A DNA stretch of 64,000 bases. Source: Clostridia bacterium. GTDB taxonomy: Bacteria; Bacillota; Clostridia; Oscillospirales; CAG-272. This document shows positions 49,325 through 59,092 of the stretch, piece by piece. Made by a program: the position numbers and the translations under genes. The notes below the pieces were generated by a model. It did not search any database. It was not told where the DNA came from and saw only the letters and a list, made by a program, of their open reading frames with translations. Position 1 is the stretch's first letter, and every line of letters starts with the position of its first letter. Where the stretch lies: NCBI GenBank assembly GCA_017517745.1, contig JAFWYJ010000009.1, forward strand, positions 3,467-67,466, given 5' to 3'.

Positions 49325-49356
49325 CGTGGCAAATCAAGAGATCAGGAGGGAAAAAG

Positions 49357-51588
49357 ATGGAACACAAGAATTGGAACGGATTTCAACCCGGTGCTTGGCA
49401 GAACGAGATCAACGTGCGTGATTTCATTCAGACCAACTACCGCGAATACGTAGGAGACTCGGATTTCCTTGCAGGTGCGACCGCGCGCACCAACGCCATG
49501 ATGAAAAAACTGAACACGCTGTTCATGCTGGAGCAACAGTACGGCGGCGTGTTGGACATCGACACCGCCACGGTTTCCTCGCTGACGAGCTATTCGCCGG
49601 GATATATCGACAAGGAAAACGAGCTGATCGTGGGAATGCAGACCAACCGTCCGCTCAAGAGAGGCGTCAATCCCTTCGGCGGCATGCGCATGGTTCGACA
49701 GGCTTGCGAGGCGTACGGCTATCAGCTGAGTGACAAGGTGCAAGAGGAATTCCGCTTCCGCACCACGCACAATGACGGTGTGTTCCGCGCCTACACCGAC
49801 GAGATGCGCCTGGCAAGAAAATGCCACGTCATCACGGGACTTCCCGATGCCTACGGCAGAGGCCGCATCATCGGTGATTACCGCCGCGTGGCGCTCTACG
49901 GCGTCGACCGTCTGATCGCGGAGAAGAAAAAGGATAAGAAAGCACTTTCCGACTGCATTTTTGACGCAGATCACGTCAGACAGGACGAGGAGCTTTATCA
50001 GCAGATCACCTTCCTCGGTTACCTCAAGGAAATGGCGGAAATGTACGGTTTTGACATCTCCGAGCCTGCCAAGAACACCCAAGAGGCGATCCAATGGACC
50101 TATTTTGCCTATCTTGGCGCGATCAAGGAGCAAAACGGCGCGGCAATGTCGCTTGGACGCGTTGCCACCTTCTTTGATATTTACGTCGAGCGCGATCTTG
50201 AGAACGGCACGCTCACAGAGGAGGGTGCGCAAGAGCTGATCGACGATTTCGTCATGAAGCTTCGCATCGCACGCCATTTGCGCACACCGGAATATAACGA
50301 GCTTTTCGGCGGAGATCCCATGTGGATCACAGAGGCGGTCGGCGGCATGGGTGAGGACGGCAGAACGCTGGTCACCAAGTCGAGCTACCGTATTTTGAAC
50401 ACGCTCTACACCCTCGGATCGTCTCCCGAACCAAACCTCACCGTGCTCTGGTCAAACGCGCTGCCCAAGCCCTTCAAGCGCTTCTGTGCGAAGGTCTCGG
50501 CGGACACCGACTCGATCCAATATGAAAACGATGACGTCATGCGCCCGATCTACGGTGACGATTATGCCATCGCTTGCTGTGTTTCCGCCATGAAGATCGG
50601 CAAGCAGATGCAGTTTTTCGGTGCGCGTTGCAACCTCGCCAAGCTTTTGCTCATCGCCATCAACGGCGGCTACGATACCACCAGCGGCATCCACATCGGC
50701 CCGCAGATGTCGGTGTTGGAGGGGGACGCGCTCGACTTTGACACCGTCATGGCGCGCTATCAGATCTATATCGAGTGGCTCAGCCGTCTCTACGTCAACA
50801 CCATGAACGTCATCCATTATATGCACGATAAGTATGCCTATGAAAAGACGCAGATGGCACTCCATGACACCAACGTGGGAAGATTCATGGCATTCGGCAT
50901 CGCTGGACTTTCGGTGGTTGCCGATTCGCTCAGCGCGATCAAGTTCGCGAGCGTCCGTCCCATCAAGAACGAGAACGGATTTGTCACCGACTTTGAGACC
51001 GTGGGAGAGTTCCCGAAATTCGGAAACGACGACGACCGCGTTGACCTGATCGCCAAGGATATGACGCACCGCGTGATCACCGAGCTGCGCAAGACGCCCA
51101 CCTACCGCGGCGCGGAGCATACGCTTTCGGTCCTCACCATCACTTCCAACGTCATGTACGGCAAGCACACCGGAGCCACCCCCGACGGCAGAAAGGCGAC
51201 CGCACCCTTCGCGCCCGGCGCAAACCCCATGCACAATCGCGAGGAGAACGGCGCGCTGGCTTCCTTGAACTCGGTCGCCAAGCTCAGCTATGACGATTGC
51301 CGCGACGGCATTTCCAACACCTTCTCGATCACCCCCGAGGCACTCGGAAGAACCGAGGAGGCAAGAATCGACAACCTGGTCACGATCCTGGATGGCTATT
51401 TCGCCAAGAAGGCGCACCACATCAACGTCAACGTCCTCAATCGCGAAACGCTCAAAAAAGCATACGAAAATCCAGAGGCATATCCCAACCTCACCATTCG
51501 CGTGTCGGGTTACGCCGTGAATTTCCACAAGCTTTCCCGTGAGCAACAGCGTGAGGTCATCAGCCGCACCTTCCACGAAACGGTATGA
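49357..51588 (+). CDS. pflB: formate C-acetyltransferase (pyruvate formate-lyase)
   Basis: The glycyl-radical motif is RVSGYAVNF. The adjacent catalytic cysteines are in IACCVSAM. 743 aa. Confidence 0.95.
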   Translation: MEHKNWNGFQPGAWQNEINVRDFIQTNYREYVGDSDFLAGATARTNAMMKKLNTLFMLEQQYGGVLDIDTATVSSLTSYSPGYIDKENELIVGMQTNRPLKRGVNPFGGMRMVRQACEAYGYQLSDKVQEEFRFRTTHNDGVFRAYTDEMRLARKCHVITGLPDAYGRGRIIGDYRRVALYGVDRLIAEKKKDKKALSDCIFDADHVRQDEELYQQITFLGYLKEMAEMYGFDISEPAKNTQEAIQWTYFAYLGAIKEQNGAAMSLGRVATFFDIYVERDLENGTLTEEGAQELIDDFVMKLRIARHLRTPEYNELFGGDPMWITEAVGGMGEDGRTLVTKSSYRILNTLYTLGSSPEPNLTVLWSNALPKPFKRFCAKVSADTDSIQYENDDVMRPIYGDDYAIACCVSAMKIGKQMQFFGARCNLAKLLLIAINGGYDTTSGIHIGPQMSVLEGDALDFDTVMARYQIYIEWLSRLYVNTMNVIHYMHDKYAYEKTQMALHDTNVGRFMAFGIAGLSVVADSLSAIKFASVRPIKNENGFVTDFETVGEFPKFGNDDDRVDLIAKDMTHRVITELRKTPTYRGAEHTLSVLTITSNVMYGKHTGATPDGRKATAPFAPGANPMHNREENGALASLNSVAKLSYDDCRDGISNTFSITPEALGRTEEARIDNLVTILDGYFAKKAHHINVNVLNRETLKKAYENPEAYPNLTIRVSGYAVNFHKLSREQQREVISRTFHETV

Positions 51589-52307
51589 CGGACACGGAAA
51601 GAAAGGGAAGGGTACATTCGATCCAAACCCTCGGCACGCTCGACGGACCGGGCGTCCGATTCGTGGTCTTTACCCAAGGATGCCCGCTTCGTTGCGGATG
51701 TTGCCACAATCCCGACACGTGGAAGACCGAGGGCGGCAGGGAATACCCCCCGCGTGAGCTTCTCGAGCGCGCACTGCGCTACCGTGAGTATTTCAGATCG
51801 GACGGCGGTGTGACGGTGTCGGGCGGAGAACCTCTTTTGCAAGCCGCGTTTGTGCGCGACTATTTCGCGCTTTGCCGCGAGGCGGGTTTGCACACCTGCC
51901 TGGATACCTCGGCCTGTATCCTCAACGATGAAGCGAAACATCTGCTCGAGGTCACCGATCGCGTCCTTTTGGACGTCAAATATACCGACGACGCAAGTTA
52001 CCGCGCCTACGTGGGCTGCTCCATCGACGCGCCGCTCGCGTTTCTCGGGTATCTGAACGAAAAAAAGATCCCCACGACTCTGCGGCAGGTCATCATTCCC
52101 ACGCTCAATGACAGCGAGGAGAATATCCGCGCGCTCAAAGCACTTGCCAACGCGCACAAATGCGTCGACGGCGTCGAGCTGTTGCCGTTCCGCAAGATCT
52201 GTCAGGTCAAATACGACAAAATGGGAAAAAGCTTCCGCTTTGCCGAGATCCCCGAGCCAACGGCAGAGAAGATGCAACGTCTGAACGCCGTTTTGAACGA
52301 GGCTTGA
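51585..52307 (+). CDS. pflA: pyruvate formate-lyase activating enzyme (radical SAM)
   Basis: [15 protein letters not shown] carries the CX3CX2C motif. ATGA overlap with the pflB stop. Confidence 0.9.
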   Translation: MTDTERKGRVHSIQTLGTLDGPGVRFVVFTQGCPLRCGCCHNPDTWKTEGGREYPPRELLERALRYREYFRSDGGVTVSGGEPLLQAAFVRDYFALCREAGLHTCLDTSACILNDEAKHLLEVTDRVLLDVKYTDDASYRAYVGCSIDAPLAFLGYLNEKKIPTTLRQVIIPTLNDSEENIRALKALANAHKCVDGVELLPFRKICQVKYDKMGKSFRFAEIPEPTAEKMQRLNAVLNEA

Positions 52308-52524
52308 GACTTCAGTAGAACAGAAGCGGGGTATTATGCTTGGCTTTTCAGTAGAAGAATTTGCCGCCACGCTTGGAATCGGCTATGAGATTCTGGTACG
52401 TTCAAAGGATACCCCGTGGCGTTTGTGAACGACTTGTTTTGTACCGTTTTCACCGTCATTGCACGCATTCGTTACCGTGAGACGCCGAACGCGGAGAAAG
52501 AATAAAATCAAATATTCAAACAAC

Positions 52525-52565
52525 ACAACGGGCAGAAGAGCCACAAGGCTTCTTCTGCCCGTTGT
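52525..52565. terminator. strong intergenic hairpin
   Basis: ACAACGGGCAGAAGAGCC-ACAA-GGCTTCTTCTGCCCGTTGT. The T-rich flank is clearer on the - strand, so its strand assignment is uncertain. Confidence 0.5.
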
Positions 52566-52576
52566 TGTATCACGAA

Positions 52577-52599
52577 AACCCCGCCATCGTGGCGGGGTT
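52577..52599 (-). terminator. terminator of spo0A
   Basis: AACCCCGCCA-CGA-TGGCGGGGTT followed on the - strand by TTTCG. Confidence 0.6.
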
Positions 52600-52616
52600 G
52601 AAAAAAGACTGTTTGT

Positions 52617-53396
52617 TCAATACATTTTATATTTGAGCCTGAGATTATCCGCAATCATCGCAATAAACTCAGAGTTCGTGGGCTTTCCTCTGTTGTTCTG
52701 AATGGTGTATCCGAAATAAGAATTGAGGGTATCGACGTCGCCTCTGTCCCAGGCGACCTCGATGGCGTGGCGAATGGCACGCTCGACGCGACTGGTTGTG
52801 GTCTGATACTTCTTTGCCACGGAAGGGTAGAGGACTTTAGTGACGCTGTTGATCATATCGCTGTCGCGGATCGTCAGGAGAATTGCCGTGCGGAGGTACT
52901 GATATCCTTTGATGTGGGCGGGAACACCGATCTGATGGATGATTTGCGTCACTTGTGTTTCGATGTCGGGACCTTTTTCAAGCTGCATTGCAGCGGCGGG
53001 GATATCTGCTCGGCGGTGTGTGGCGATGCTTTGAATGTGTTCGCACAGGCTGTTGATGTTGACCGGCTTGAGCAAGCAAAGCTCCGCCCCCGCCTCTGTG
53101 GCTTGAATGAAGACGTTTTGATTGGATACCGAGGAGATCACGATGAAAGCGGGGGCTTTTTCATGTCCCCAATCCATCGAACGGCAGGTGCGCAACAATC
53201 CGATCCCGTCGATCTTGGAGAGCCACACGTCGAGCAGAACGATCTCCGGGCAGGTACGCGTGATTTTTGCCAACGCGTCCTCTCCGTTGGTCGCCTCTTC
53301 GACGTTACGATAGCCCGCGCGGGAGAGACCGTCGCGAAGGGCGGATCGGCTCATCGCGTTTTCGTCTGCGATCAAAATTTTCGTGGTGTATTCCAT
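52617..53396 (-). CDS. spo0A: sporulation master regulator Spo0A
   Basis: Receiver domain ILIADENAM...[14 protein letters not shown]. The Spo0A-specific C-terminus has [35 protein letters not shown] and [13 protein letters not shown]. Confidence 0.95.
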   Translation of the reverse strand: MEYTTKILIADENAMSRSALRDGLSRAGYRNVEEATNGEDALAKITRTCPEIVLLDVWLSKIDGIGLLRTCRSMDWGHEKAPAFIVISSVSNQNVFIQATEAGAELCLLKPVNINSLCEHIQSIATHRRADIPAAAMQLEKGPDIETQVTQIIHQIGVPAHIKGYQYLRTAILLTIRDSDMINSVTKVLYPSVAKKYQTTTSRVERAIRHAIEVAWDRGDVDTLNSYFGYTIQNNRGKPTNSEFIAMIADNLRLKYKMY

Positions 53397-53440
53397 AGGT
53401 AAAAAACTCCTTCCAGATTTTTCCATTTTCTTACAGGAAT

Positions 53441-53484
53441 ATTTTACCATATTTTGAAATCTTTTGCAAGTGTTTTGTTCGAGA
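53441..53484 (-). promoter_or_regulatory. sigma-A-like spo0A promoter with upstream 0A-box-like site
   Basis: On the - strand: TCTCGAA (53484-53478, 6/7 match to TGTCGAA), TTGCAA (53469-53464), 17-nt spacer, TGgTAAAAT extended -10 (53446-53441). Confidence 0.45.
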
Positions 53485-53542
53485 AAAAGTTCCCAAAATT
53501 TACAGCGTTTTAATGGTAATTTTTACCAAATTGGCAAAAATT

Positions 53543-53935
53543 TCAGTTTTTGGAGTGTTTGCAAGGTTCTTTGAAGAAATCTGTCAGATCAATTTCGTAT
53601 CTTCCGTCGCTATTCTTCGAAAAACCGATTGCCTTGACCAGTGTTTCGTTCTCACATGCGGCATCGAAAAATGCGCGGTGGACGCCGCAAAGGTCGATAA
53701 AATTCAATGCTGCGCGTCCCATGACGAACATTGGCTCAAATTCGTAAGCGTCGGGAATCGGCGCAAATCCGACGATTCTGCCGCCCGCGGCATCCATGGT
53801 GAATTGGCAAACGCCTCGCACTTCACCGTCCACCAAGGCTTTGTAAGCCAAAAGCTCGGTGTGAAATTCAATTCCGCAACGCGCGCAAAGCGCCTCTTGC
53901 TCTTGCTTGTCCTGGATCGGTAATACTTCTAACAT
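53543..53935 (-). CDS. hypothetical protein (130 aa)
   Basis: Intact ORF packed tightly between rluB and spo0A with coding-like composition. I recognise no confident motif. Confidence 0.45.
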   Translation of the reverse strand: MLEVLPIQDKQEQEALCARCGIEFHTELLAYKALVDGEVRGVCQFTMDAAGGRIVGFAPIPDAYEFEPMFVMGRAALNFIDLCGVHRAFFDAACENETLVKAIGFSKNSDGRYEIDLTDFFKEPCKHSKN

Positions 53936-53938
53936 GGT

Positions 53939-54655
53939 TCAGTTCCTTTCAGTCATTAAATATGCAACCTCTTCCTCGGTCAGCTCGCGCCATTTTCCCA
54001 AAGGGAGTGCATCGAGGGTCAAATCTCCGATCGCGACGCGTTGCAATCGGCACACCTTCAATCCGACCGATTCACACATGCGCCGAATTTGTCGGTTGCG
54101 ACCTTCGTAGAGCCGCATTTCCAGCGTATCCTCGGAAAGTCGGCGGCATTCAACCGGCAAAAGCTGATAGCCGTCCAATTCCATCGGTGCGGAGAGTGCC
54201 GAGAGATGCGTGTCGGAGGGGGCGGGGGAGAGGGTGACGTGATAGATTTTCGGGATTTCGTGTCTGGGATGTGTCAGATGATTGGCGAACGAGCCGTCAT
54301 CTGTCAGAAGCAGGAGTCCTTCCGAGTCCATATCCAACCGCCCGACGGGATAAATTCTCACCCCAACGGCTTTTGTCAGCTCGGTGACGGTTCGCCGTCC
54401 CTTTTCGTCTTTTGTTGTGGTGACGTAACCCCGAGGCTTGTTGAGCATGACGTATCGGTGGGGCTTGTCCGCGCGGGGCAGAAGTCTTCTGCCCTCGTAT
54501 TCCACAACGTCGGCTTCGGGATCGATCTTGGTGCCGAGCAGGGCGATCTCACCGTTTACGCGAACCTTACCTGCGGCAATTTCGGCTTCCGCGGCACGGC
54601 GGGAAAGCCTTCCGCAATCGGTGAAGAATTTTTGCAAGCGAACCAAATCCGCCAT
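53939..54655 (-). CDS. rluB: rRNA pseudouridine synthase (RluB/RsuA family)
   Basis: S4 domain RLQKFFTDCGRLSRRAAEAEIAAGKVRVNG. The catalytic motif is PVGRLDMDSEGLLLLTDDG. The start follows AAGGAGG. Confidence 0.85.
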   Translation of the reverse strand: MADLVRLQKFFTDCGRLSRRAAEAEIAAGKVRVNGEIALLGTKIDPEADVVEYEGRRLLPRADKPHRYVMLNKPRGYVTTTKDEKGRRTVTELTKAVGVRIYPVGRLDMDSEGLLLLTDDGSFANHLTHPRHEIPKIYHVTLSPAPSDTHLSALSAPMELDGYQLLPVECRRLSEDTLEMRLYEGRNRQIRRMCESVGLKVCRLQRVAIGDLTLDALPLGKWRELTEEEVAYLMTERN

Positions 54656-54696
54656 TGGGACACCTCCTTGATCTTGAAATGTTTGTTTATCTTGGG

Positions 54697-55857
54697 TCAA
54701 TCTTTTCCAAACAAGGCGCGAAGCCATTGCCAAAAGCCCTTTTTGATTGGCTTTGTGACCGTATTGCAGGAAAGCAGCGGTGTTTCCGCGACGCGTTCCT
54801 CGATTCCGTCACGGTTGGTGTCGCAATAAAACACAGCAACACCGAGATTTTCCCCGGCATAGACGGGGGCATAGGAGAAATGCGATGCCTCCACCACACA
54901 TCGAATGCTTCCGTGTGTGACGGGAAGCGTGATGCGCAGTTCTTCGGGATTGCAGAGCAAGACTTCCTCTTGTGTTCCGCCTACAATCGGCATTCTGTGT
55001 ATCAAAGCATCCTTTTCGGCAAGCAACACCGAGCGGTAGCGGGAAAATCCGTAATCCAGCATGGCGGTGTGATCGTTCCAATCGCTCGGCGCGTTGAGCG
55101 TAACGGCGATCAGGGTGACACCTTCTCTTTCCGCGGCGGACACCAAACAGCGACCGCTGTGCTTGGTAAAGCCGGTTTTCACACCGATGCAACCGTCGTA
55201 AAGCCGCAAGAGCTTGTTGTGATTGACCAAAAGCCGCGCGCCGTCGGTCGATGCATGAGGAATCGTTGTCTTTCGTGTCGATACGATGGTCTTCAGTCTC
55301 TCGTTTTTCATTGCATGCCGTGTGAGCAGTGCCATTTCGTATGCGGTCGAGTAATGATCCTCGTGATCAAGTCCGTGCGGATTGACGAAATGGGTATCCT
55401 TCAATCCAAGCGCGGCGACGATTTTGTTCATTTCGGCGGCGAAGGCTTCAACGCTGTCACAAAGACCGACCGCGATCGCGACGGCGGCATCGTTTGCCGA
55501 TTCCAAAAGCAGGGCATAAAGCAGTTGCTCGAGCGTCAGGGTTTCGTTTTCGGTCAAATAAACAGAAGATCCTTCAACGCCGACCGCCTCGGAGGAGACC
55601 GAAATGATGGTTTCGGGCGGTGCAAGCTCCAATGCCGTCAGGGCAGTCGCGATTTTCGTGGTGCTTGCGATCGGCAGACGCTTGTGGGCGTTCTTTTCAA
55701 ACGCGACGTTGCCGCTTTCCGCTTCCATCAGCACCGCGCTTTGCGCGGAAACGTCCGGGAGAAGCTCATCGTTTTGTGCCGTGCCTCGAATCGAGAGATG
55801 AGGCAAGAGCAGCAGGACGGCAAGCAGTAAAAGAAAACATCTTTTTTGTTTTGACAT
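54697..55857 (-). CDS. serine-type D-Ala-D-Ala carboxypeptidase (PBP5 family)
   Basis: It has a signal peptide. Motifs are SxxK (ASTTKI), SxN (ESAND) and KTG (GVKTGFT). Confidence 0.85.
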   Translation of the reverse strand: MSKQKRCFLLLLAVLLLLPHLSIRGTAQNDELLPDVSAQSAVLMEAESGNVAFEKNAHKRLPIASTTKIATALTALELAPPETIISVSSEAVGVEGSSVYLTENETLTLEQLLYALLLESANDAAVAIAVGLCDSVEAFAAEMNKIVAALGLKDTHFVNPHGLDHEDHYSTAYEMALLTRHAMKNERLKTIVSTRKTTIPHASTDGARLLVNHNKLLRLYDGCIGVKTGFTKHSGRCLVSAAEREGVTLIAVTLNAPSDWNDHTAMLDYGFSRYRSVLLAEKDALIHRMPIVGGTQEEVLLCNPEELRITLPVTHGSIRCVVEASHFSYAPVYAGENLGVAVFYCDTNRDGIEERVAETPLLSCNTVTKPIKKGFWQWLRALFGKD

Positions 55858-55866
55858 AATAATATC

Positions 55867-55910
55867 CTCCGGAAAAAATATACCCTTGCTTCATGTATAT
55901 TTTTCCGGAG
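55867..55910 (-). terminator. hairpin between ytfJ and the carboxypeptidase gene; it overlaps the latter's Shine-Dalgarno
   Basis: Arms CTCCGGAAAAAATATA (55867-55882) and TATATTTTTCCGGAG (55896-55910). The GGAG of the downstream RBS (55866-55870) lies in the stem. Confidence 0.5.
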
Positions 55911-55942
55911 TGACATTTATGCCCGACTTGGCGGAATGCGGA

Positions 55943-56413
55943 TCAATTCGTCTTCTTGGCGGATTTTTCGCGGATTCTGCGATTATATTCTTCTTCCAAT
56001 TCGTCGCTGTCCTCAACGTCTACGTCGGTGTCGGAAGAGAAGATCGCCTTGATGCGATTGATGAGATCGGGCGTTTGATCGAGGATGTTGGAGATCTGCT
56101 CAATCGGCGATTCCGGTTCCAGAAGCATGGGGAGGAAATCGACCTTTCCTGCGGGAGAGACCACCAAAAAGCCGAGCGGATTGACCGTGACTCCGGTTCC
56201 GCCGCCACCGCCGAACTTAGTGGGCGTCTTTTTGTTGGAGGGAATATCCAAGCCACCCGAGGCAAAGCCCATCGAAACCTTGGAGACGGGAATGATGACG
56301 GTGCCGGAGGGCGTTGCGATCTGTTTGCCGACAACGGTATCGGCGTCGATGATCGTGCGTACTTTATCCAAAGAACTGTTGATCAGGTCCTTGAGCGCGG
56401 ATTCTTTTTCCAT
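55943..56413 (-). CDS. ytfJ: sporulation protein YtfJ (GerW family)
   Basis: TIIDADTVVGKQIATPSGTVIIPVSKVSMGFASGG...GGGGGTGVTVNPLGFLVV. Confidence 0.85.
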   Translation of the reverse strand: MEKESALKDLINSSLDKVRTIIDADTVVGKQIATPSGTVIIPVSKVSMGFASGGLDIPSNKKTPTKFGGGGGTGVTVNPLGFLVVSPAGKVDFLPMLLEPESPIEQISNILDQTPDLINRIKAIFSSDTDVDVEDSDELEEEYNRRIREKSAKKTN

Positions 56414-56447
56414 GATGTTTCTTCCTTTCCTGTATATGAATCAAATT

Positions 56448-57167
56448 TTATTCATTGGGGGACGCGGTCTCTTCTTTTGTAAAGTCGAGGCCGGAGGCAG
56501 CGTGTGCGATCAGCATGCGAATGCCGACGATGATGCCAAAGCTGCAAATCAGATCAATATCCGCGTGACAGCGCGGGGAGAGATAGTCGGGGACGATGTC
56601 GATCTCGTCGGAGCATCGAACTTTTGAAAAATTGTGCTCCGCCCATTCCAGAAGATAGGCCGTGCTTTGCGAGATCACACCGTACAAAATGGCGGTTTTT
56701 GCCGCATCGTCGCTTCCAACCGAGATTCTCAGTCTGCGAACGCGGAGTGCGAGCTTTCCTCGCGAAAGATTCAGAATCTTTTTCAAAAGCAGAAAGACCG
56801 TCGAAATGTTTTCTCTGAGCGTGGGAGTCGTGACGGGGGCGTTGTTTTGTTCCCGTTTTTGCCTTTTTTTCAAAGCCTTACGCTTTGCTTTTTCGCGTTT
56901 TTTCATTGCCGCACGCGCCGCTTTTCTTCGTTTTCGCAACTCTCGCTTCAAGACACGGTCCGGGTGGCGGCATCGGGACAGACTTTTTGTTTTTTGCTTC
57001 TTTTTCTCATTGCTGAAAGAAATGATACGAATTCCAAGCACGGAAATGACGATCTTCACCTTTTCGCGGCTGAGAATGTGAATCTTCACGCGTCCGAAAA
57101 GCAGAAGCAGAACGATCAGAGAGAGAATGACGGCGATGATTGAGAGAACGATCACAAGTGCCGTCAC
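56448..57167 (-). CDS. DUF2953-like sporulation membrane protein (YtfI-like)
   Basis: It has an N-terminal TM helix and a highly basic central stretch. Its position immediately upstream of ytfJ matches the ytfIJ arrangement. Confidence 0.6.
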   Translation of the reverse strand: MTALVIVLSIIAVILSLIVLLLLFGRVKIHILSREKVKIVISVLGIRIISFSNEKKKQKTKSLSRCRHPDRVLKRELRKRRKAARAAMKKREKAKRKALKKRQKREQNNAPVTTPTLRENISTVFLLLKKILNLSRGKLALRVRRLRISVGSDDAAKTAILYGVISQSTAYLLEWAEHNFSKVRCSDEIDIVPDYLSPRCHADIDLICSFGIIVGIRMLIAHAASGLDFTKEETASPNE

Positions 57168-57922
57168 ACCGATCCTCCTTCATCTTCTTGCTGCGGAGCT
57201 GTGGACGGTTCCGCACCGTTTTCAAAAATCACGTCGGTTTCCTCGGTGTCAACGGGAGCCTCGTAGTCACGCGGCGTGTCGGATTCAAAGTTTTCCACAC
57301 TTTCAATCTCTTCCATCGAAAGCTGTTCACCGCCGTCGACCTCGGCTTGAGCCGCGGCGACGCTGAGGGCTTCGGTTTCGGGAAGCTCGTCGAGCGTGTT
57401 GATGCCGAACACGCGCAAAAACTTGTCGGTTGTGACGTAGAGCATCGGACGTCCGGGAGCGTCCAAGCGTCCTGCCGCCTCGATCAAGCCCTTGTCAAGC
57501 AGGGAATTGACGGCATAAGAGCTGTCGACTCCGCGAACGAGGTCAATGAAGGAGCGCGTGACGGGCTGATTGTAAGCCACCACCGCGAGTACCTCCATCG
57601 AAGATGCCGAAAGATTTCCGCCGCGGCGAATGCCGAGTGCCTCGCGGATATAGGGGGCATATTTTTCCTTGGTGGTCAGCTGACAGGTGGTTGGATACAT
57701 GAGCAGCTGAATTCCGTGGAGGGTATCTTCCTCGGCAAAGTGCTCGGACATCTGGCGAACCATCGTTTTGATATCTTTTACGGAAAGCCCCAAAATTTCG
57801 CTCAGCTTGTCATAGCGCATCGGATATCCCGCGGCAAAGAGGATCGCCTCAATCGCCTGCTCAATTTCCTGCGCCGTTGTCAACGGCTCCAACACGGGAG
57901 CGTTTTGCTTTTTATCTTCCAT
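57164..57922 (-). CDS. scpB: segregation and condensation protein B
   Basis: EAILFAAGYPM...LSASSMEVLAVVAYNQPVTRSFIDLVRGVDSSYAVNSLLDKGLIE...GRPMLYVTTDKFL, plus an acidic C-terminal tail. Confidence 0.9.
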   Translation of the reverse strand: MEDKKQNAPVLEPLTTAQEIEQAIEAILFAAGYPMRYDKLSEILGLSVKDIKTMVRQMSEHFAEEDTLHGIQLLMYPTTCQLTTKEKYAPYIREALGIRRGGNLSASSMEVLAVVAYNQPVTRSFIDLVRGVDSSYAVNSLLDKGLIEAAGRLDAPGRPMLYVTTDKFLRVFGINTLDELPETEALSVAAAQAEVDGGEQLSMEEIESVENFESDTPRDYEAPVDTEETDVIFENGAEPSTAPQQEDEGGSV

Positions 57923-57928
57923 AATATA

Positions 57929-59062
57929 TCAGTCTTGACTCCTTTCGGTCTCGGCATCCAACTTTTTTGCCTGCTTTGCCATTGTGCTGACGATTTCGTT
58001 CATGTCAAGTCCGAGATCGTCGAGAATATCCTCGTCATCCTCGGAAAGTTTGTCATCAAGCAATGCCGCCACACGCGCCTCTTCCTCCAGATCGCTGTCG
58101 TCCGCGGGAAGCAGATCCTCGGAGAGGGCAGCTTCCTTTGCAAGACGTCTTTCCTCGGCGCGGCGCGCACGCTCGATCTCGCGCAAGCGCTTTTTTTCTG
58201 CAAGCTTTTGCTCGCGGATGATGCGGCGTTGCTCGCGGTGCATCTCTGCTTTGGACGAGAGCGGGATCGGTTCGTCGGAATCGTAAACACGCGGTTTCTT
58301 TTCCGCGCCGTCTTCCTCCTCGACGGGAGGGGCATCATTGACAACGAAACGCGTACCGCTTCCGTGGATGACGGTGTAGGAATCGGGATCCTCCTCGATC
58401 AGAATTTTCCGAACCTTGATCAATTCCAAAATTCCAAGAAAAATCGCGATCAGATCGGGAAGAGAGGTGGCATCGGAAAGAAGCTCCTTCATCGAGGGAT
58501 TTCTCTTTTTGCCGATGTGGTGCAGAATTCCCACAATCTTGACCTCGACCGGAACGATCGGCTTTGCGATCATGGGCGCAAACACCTGCTTTTCTGCCTT
58601 GGGACGGCTTTCGTTTGCCGCGATGATGCGGCGTACCGCCGCGCAGAGAGAAGTTACCTGCTGATCGGCAACGTAGGTCACGTCGACGCTGATCTCATCG
58701 GTATCCTTGACCATTCGCCCGCTGTAAAGCTGATAGAGCGGTGTCATTTTTTGCACGGCAAGCTTTGCTTGCTGAAAACGCAAAAGGGCATCGGCGAGAT
58801 CTTGACGGGGATCCTTTTCATTCTCTGTTACGCGAGGCAGAAGCATGCTGCTCTTGATGCGCATCAGCTCGCTTGCCATGACGATAAACTCGCCCGCCAG
58901 CTCCATATCCATGCTTTGCGCGGCGCGGATATATTCCAGATATTGGTCGCAGATCAGCGAGATGGGGATGTCCTCGATATTCACTTTGTTTTTGTGGATC
59001 AATGAGAGCAGGAGGTCAAGAGGACCTTCAAACTGCTCGATCCGATAAGTGAGGGCTTCCAT
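57929..59062 (-). CDS. scpA: segregation and condensation protein A with a long charged C-terminal extension
   Basis: N-terminus FEGPLDLLLSLIHKNKVNIEDIPISLICDQYLEYI. The WHD ends near aa 240, followed by about 125 extra aa rich in E/K/R/D. Confidence 0.9.
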   Translation of the reverse strand: MEALTYRIEQFEGPLDLLLSLIHKNKVNIEDIPISLICDQYLEYIRAAQSMDMELAGEFIVMASELMRIKSSMLLPRVTENEKDPRQDLADALLRFQQAKLAVQKMTPLYQLYSGRMVKDTDEISVDVTYVADQQVTSLCAAVRRIIAANESRPKAEKQVFAPMIAKPIVPVEVKIVGILHHIGKKRNPSMKELLSDATSLPDLIAIFLGILELIKVRKILIEEDPDSYTVIHGSGTRFVVNDAPPVEEEDGAEKKPRVYDSDEPIPLSSKAEMHREQRRIIREQKLAEKKRLREIERARRAEERRLAKEAALSEDLLPADDSDLEEEARVAALLDDKLSEDDEDILDDLGLDMNEIVSTMAKQAKKLDAETERSQD

Positions 59063-59092
59063 GAATGGGAGTGTCCTTTCTTTTTTGTGAGA

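Noticed and set aside
57140-59005. 621-aa ORF on the + strand
   Set aside because: It is antisense to scpB and scpA. The same reasoning applies to the other long antisense ORFs in the track, at 12991-14373, 21496-23298, 26327-28201, 30771-32639, 43623-45269 and 63284-63961.
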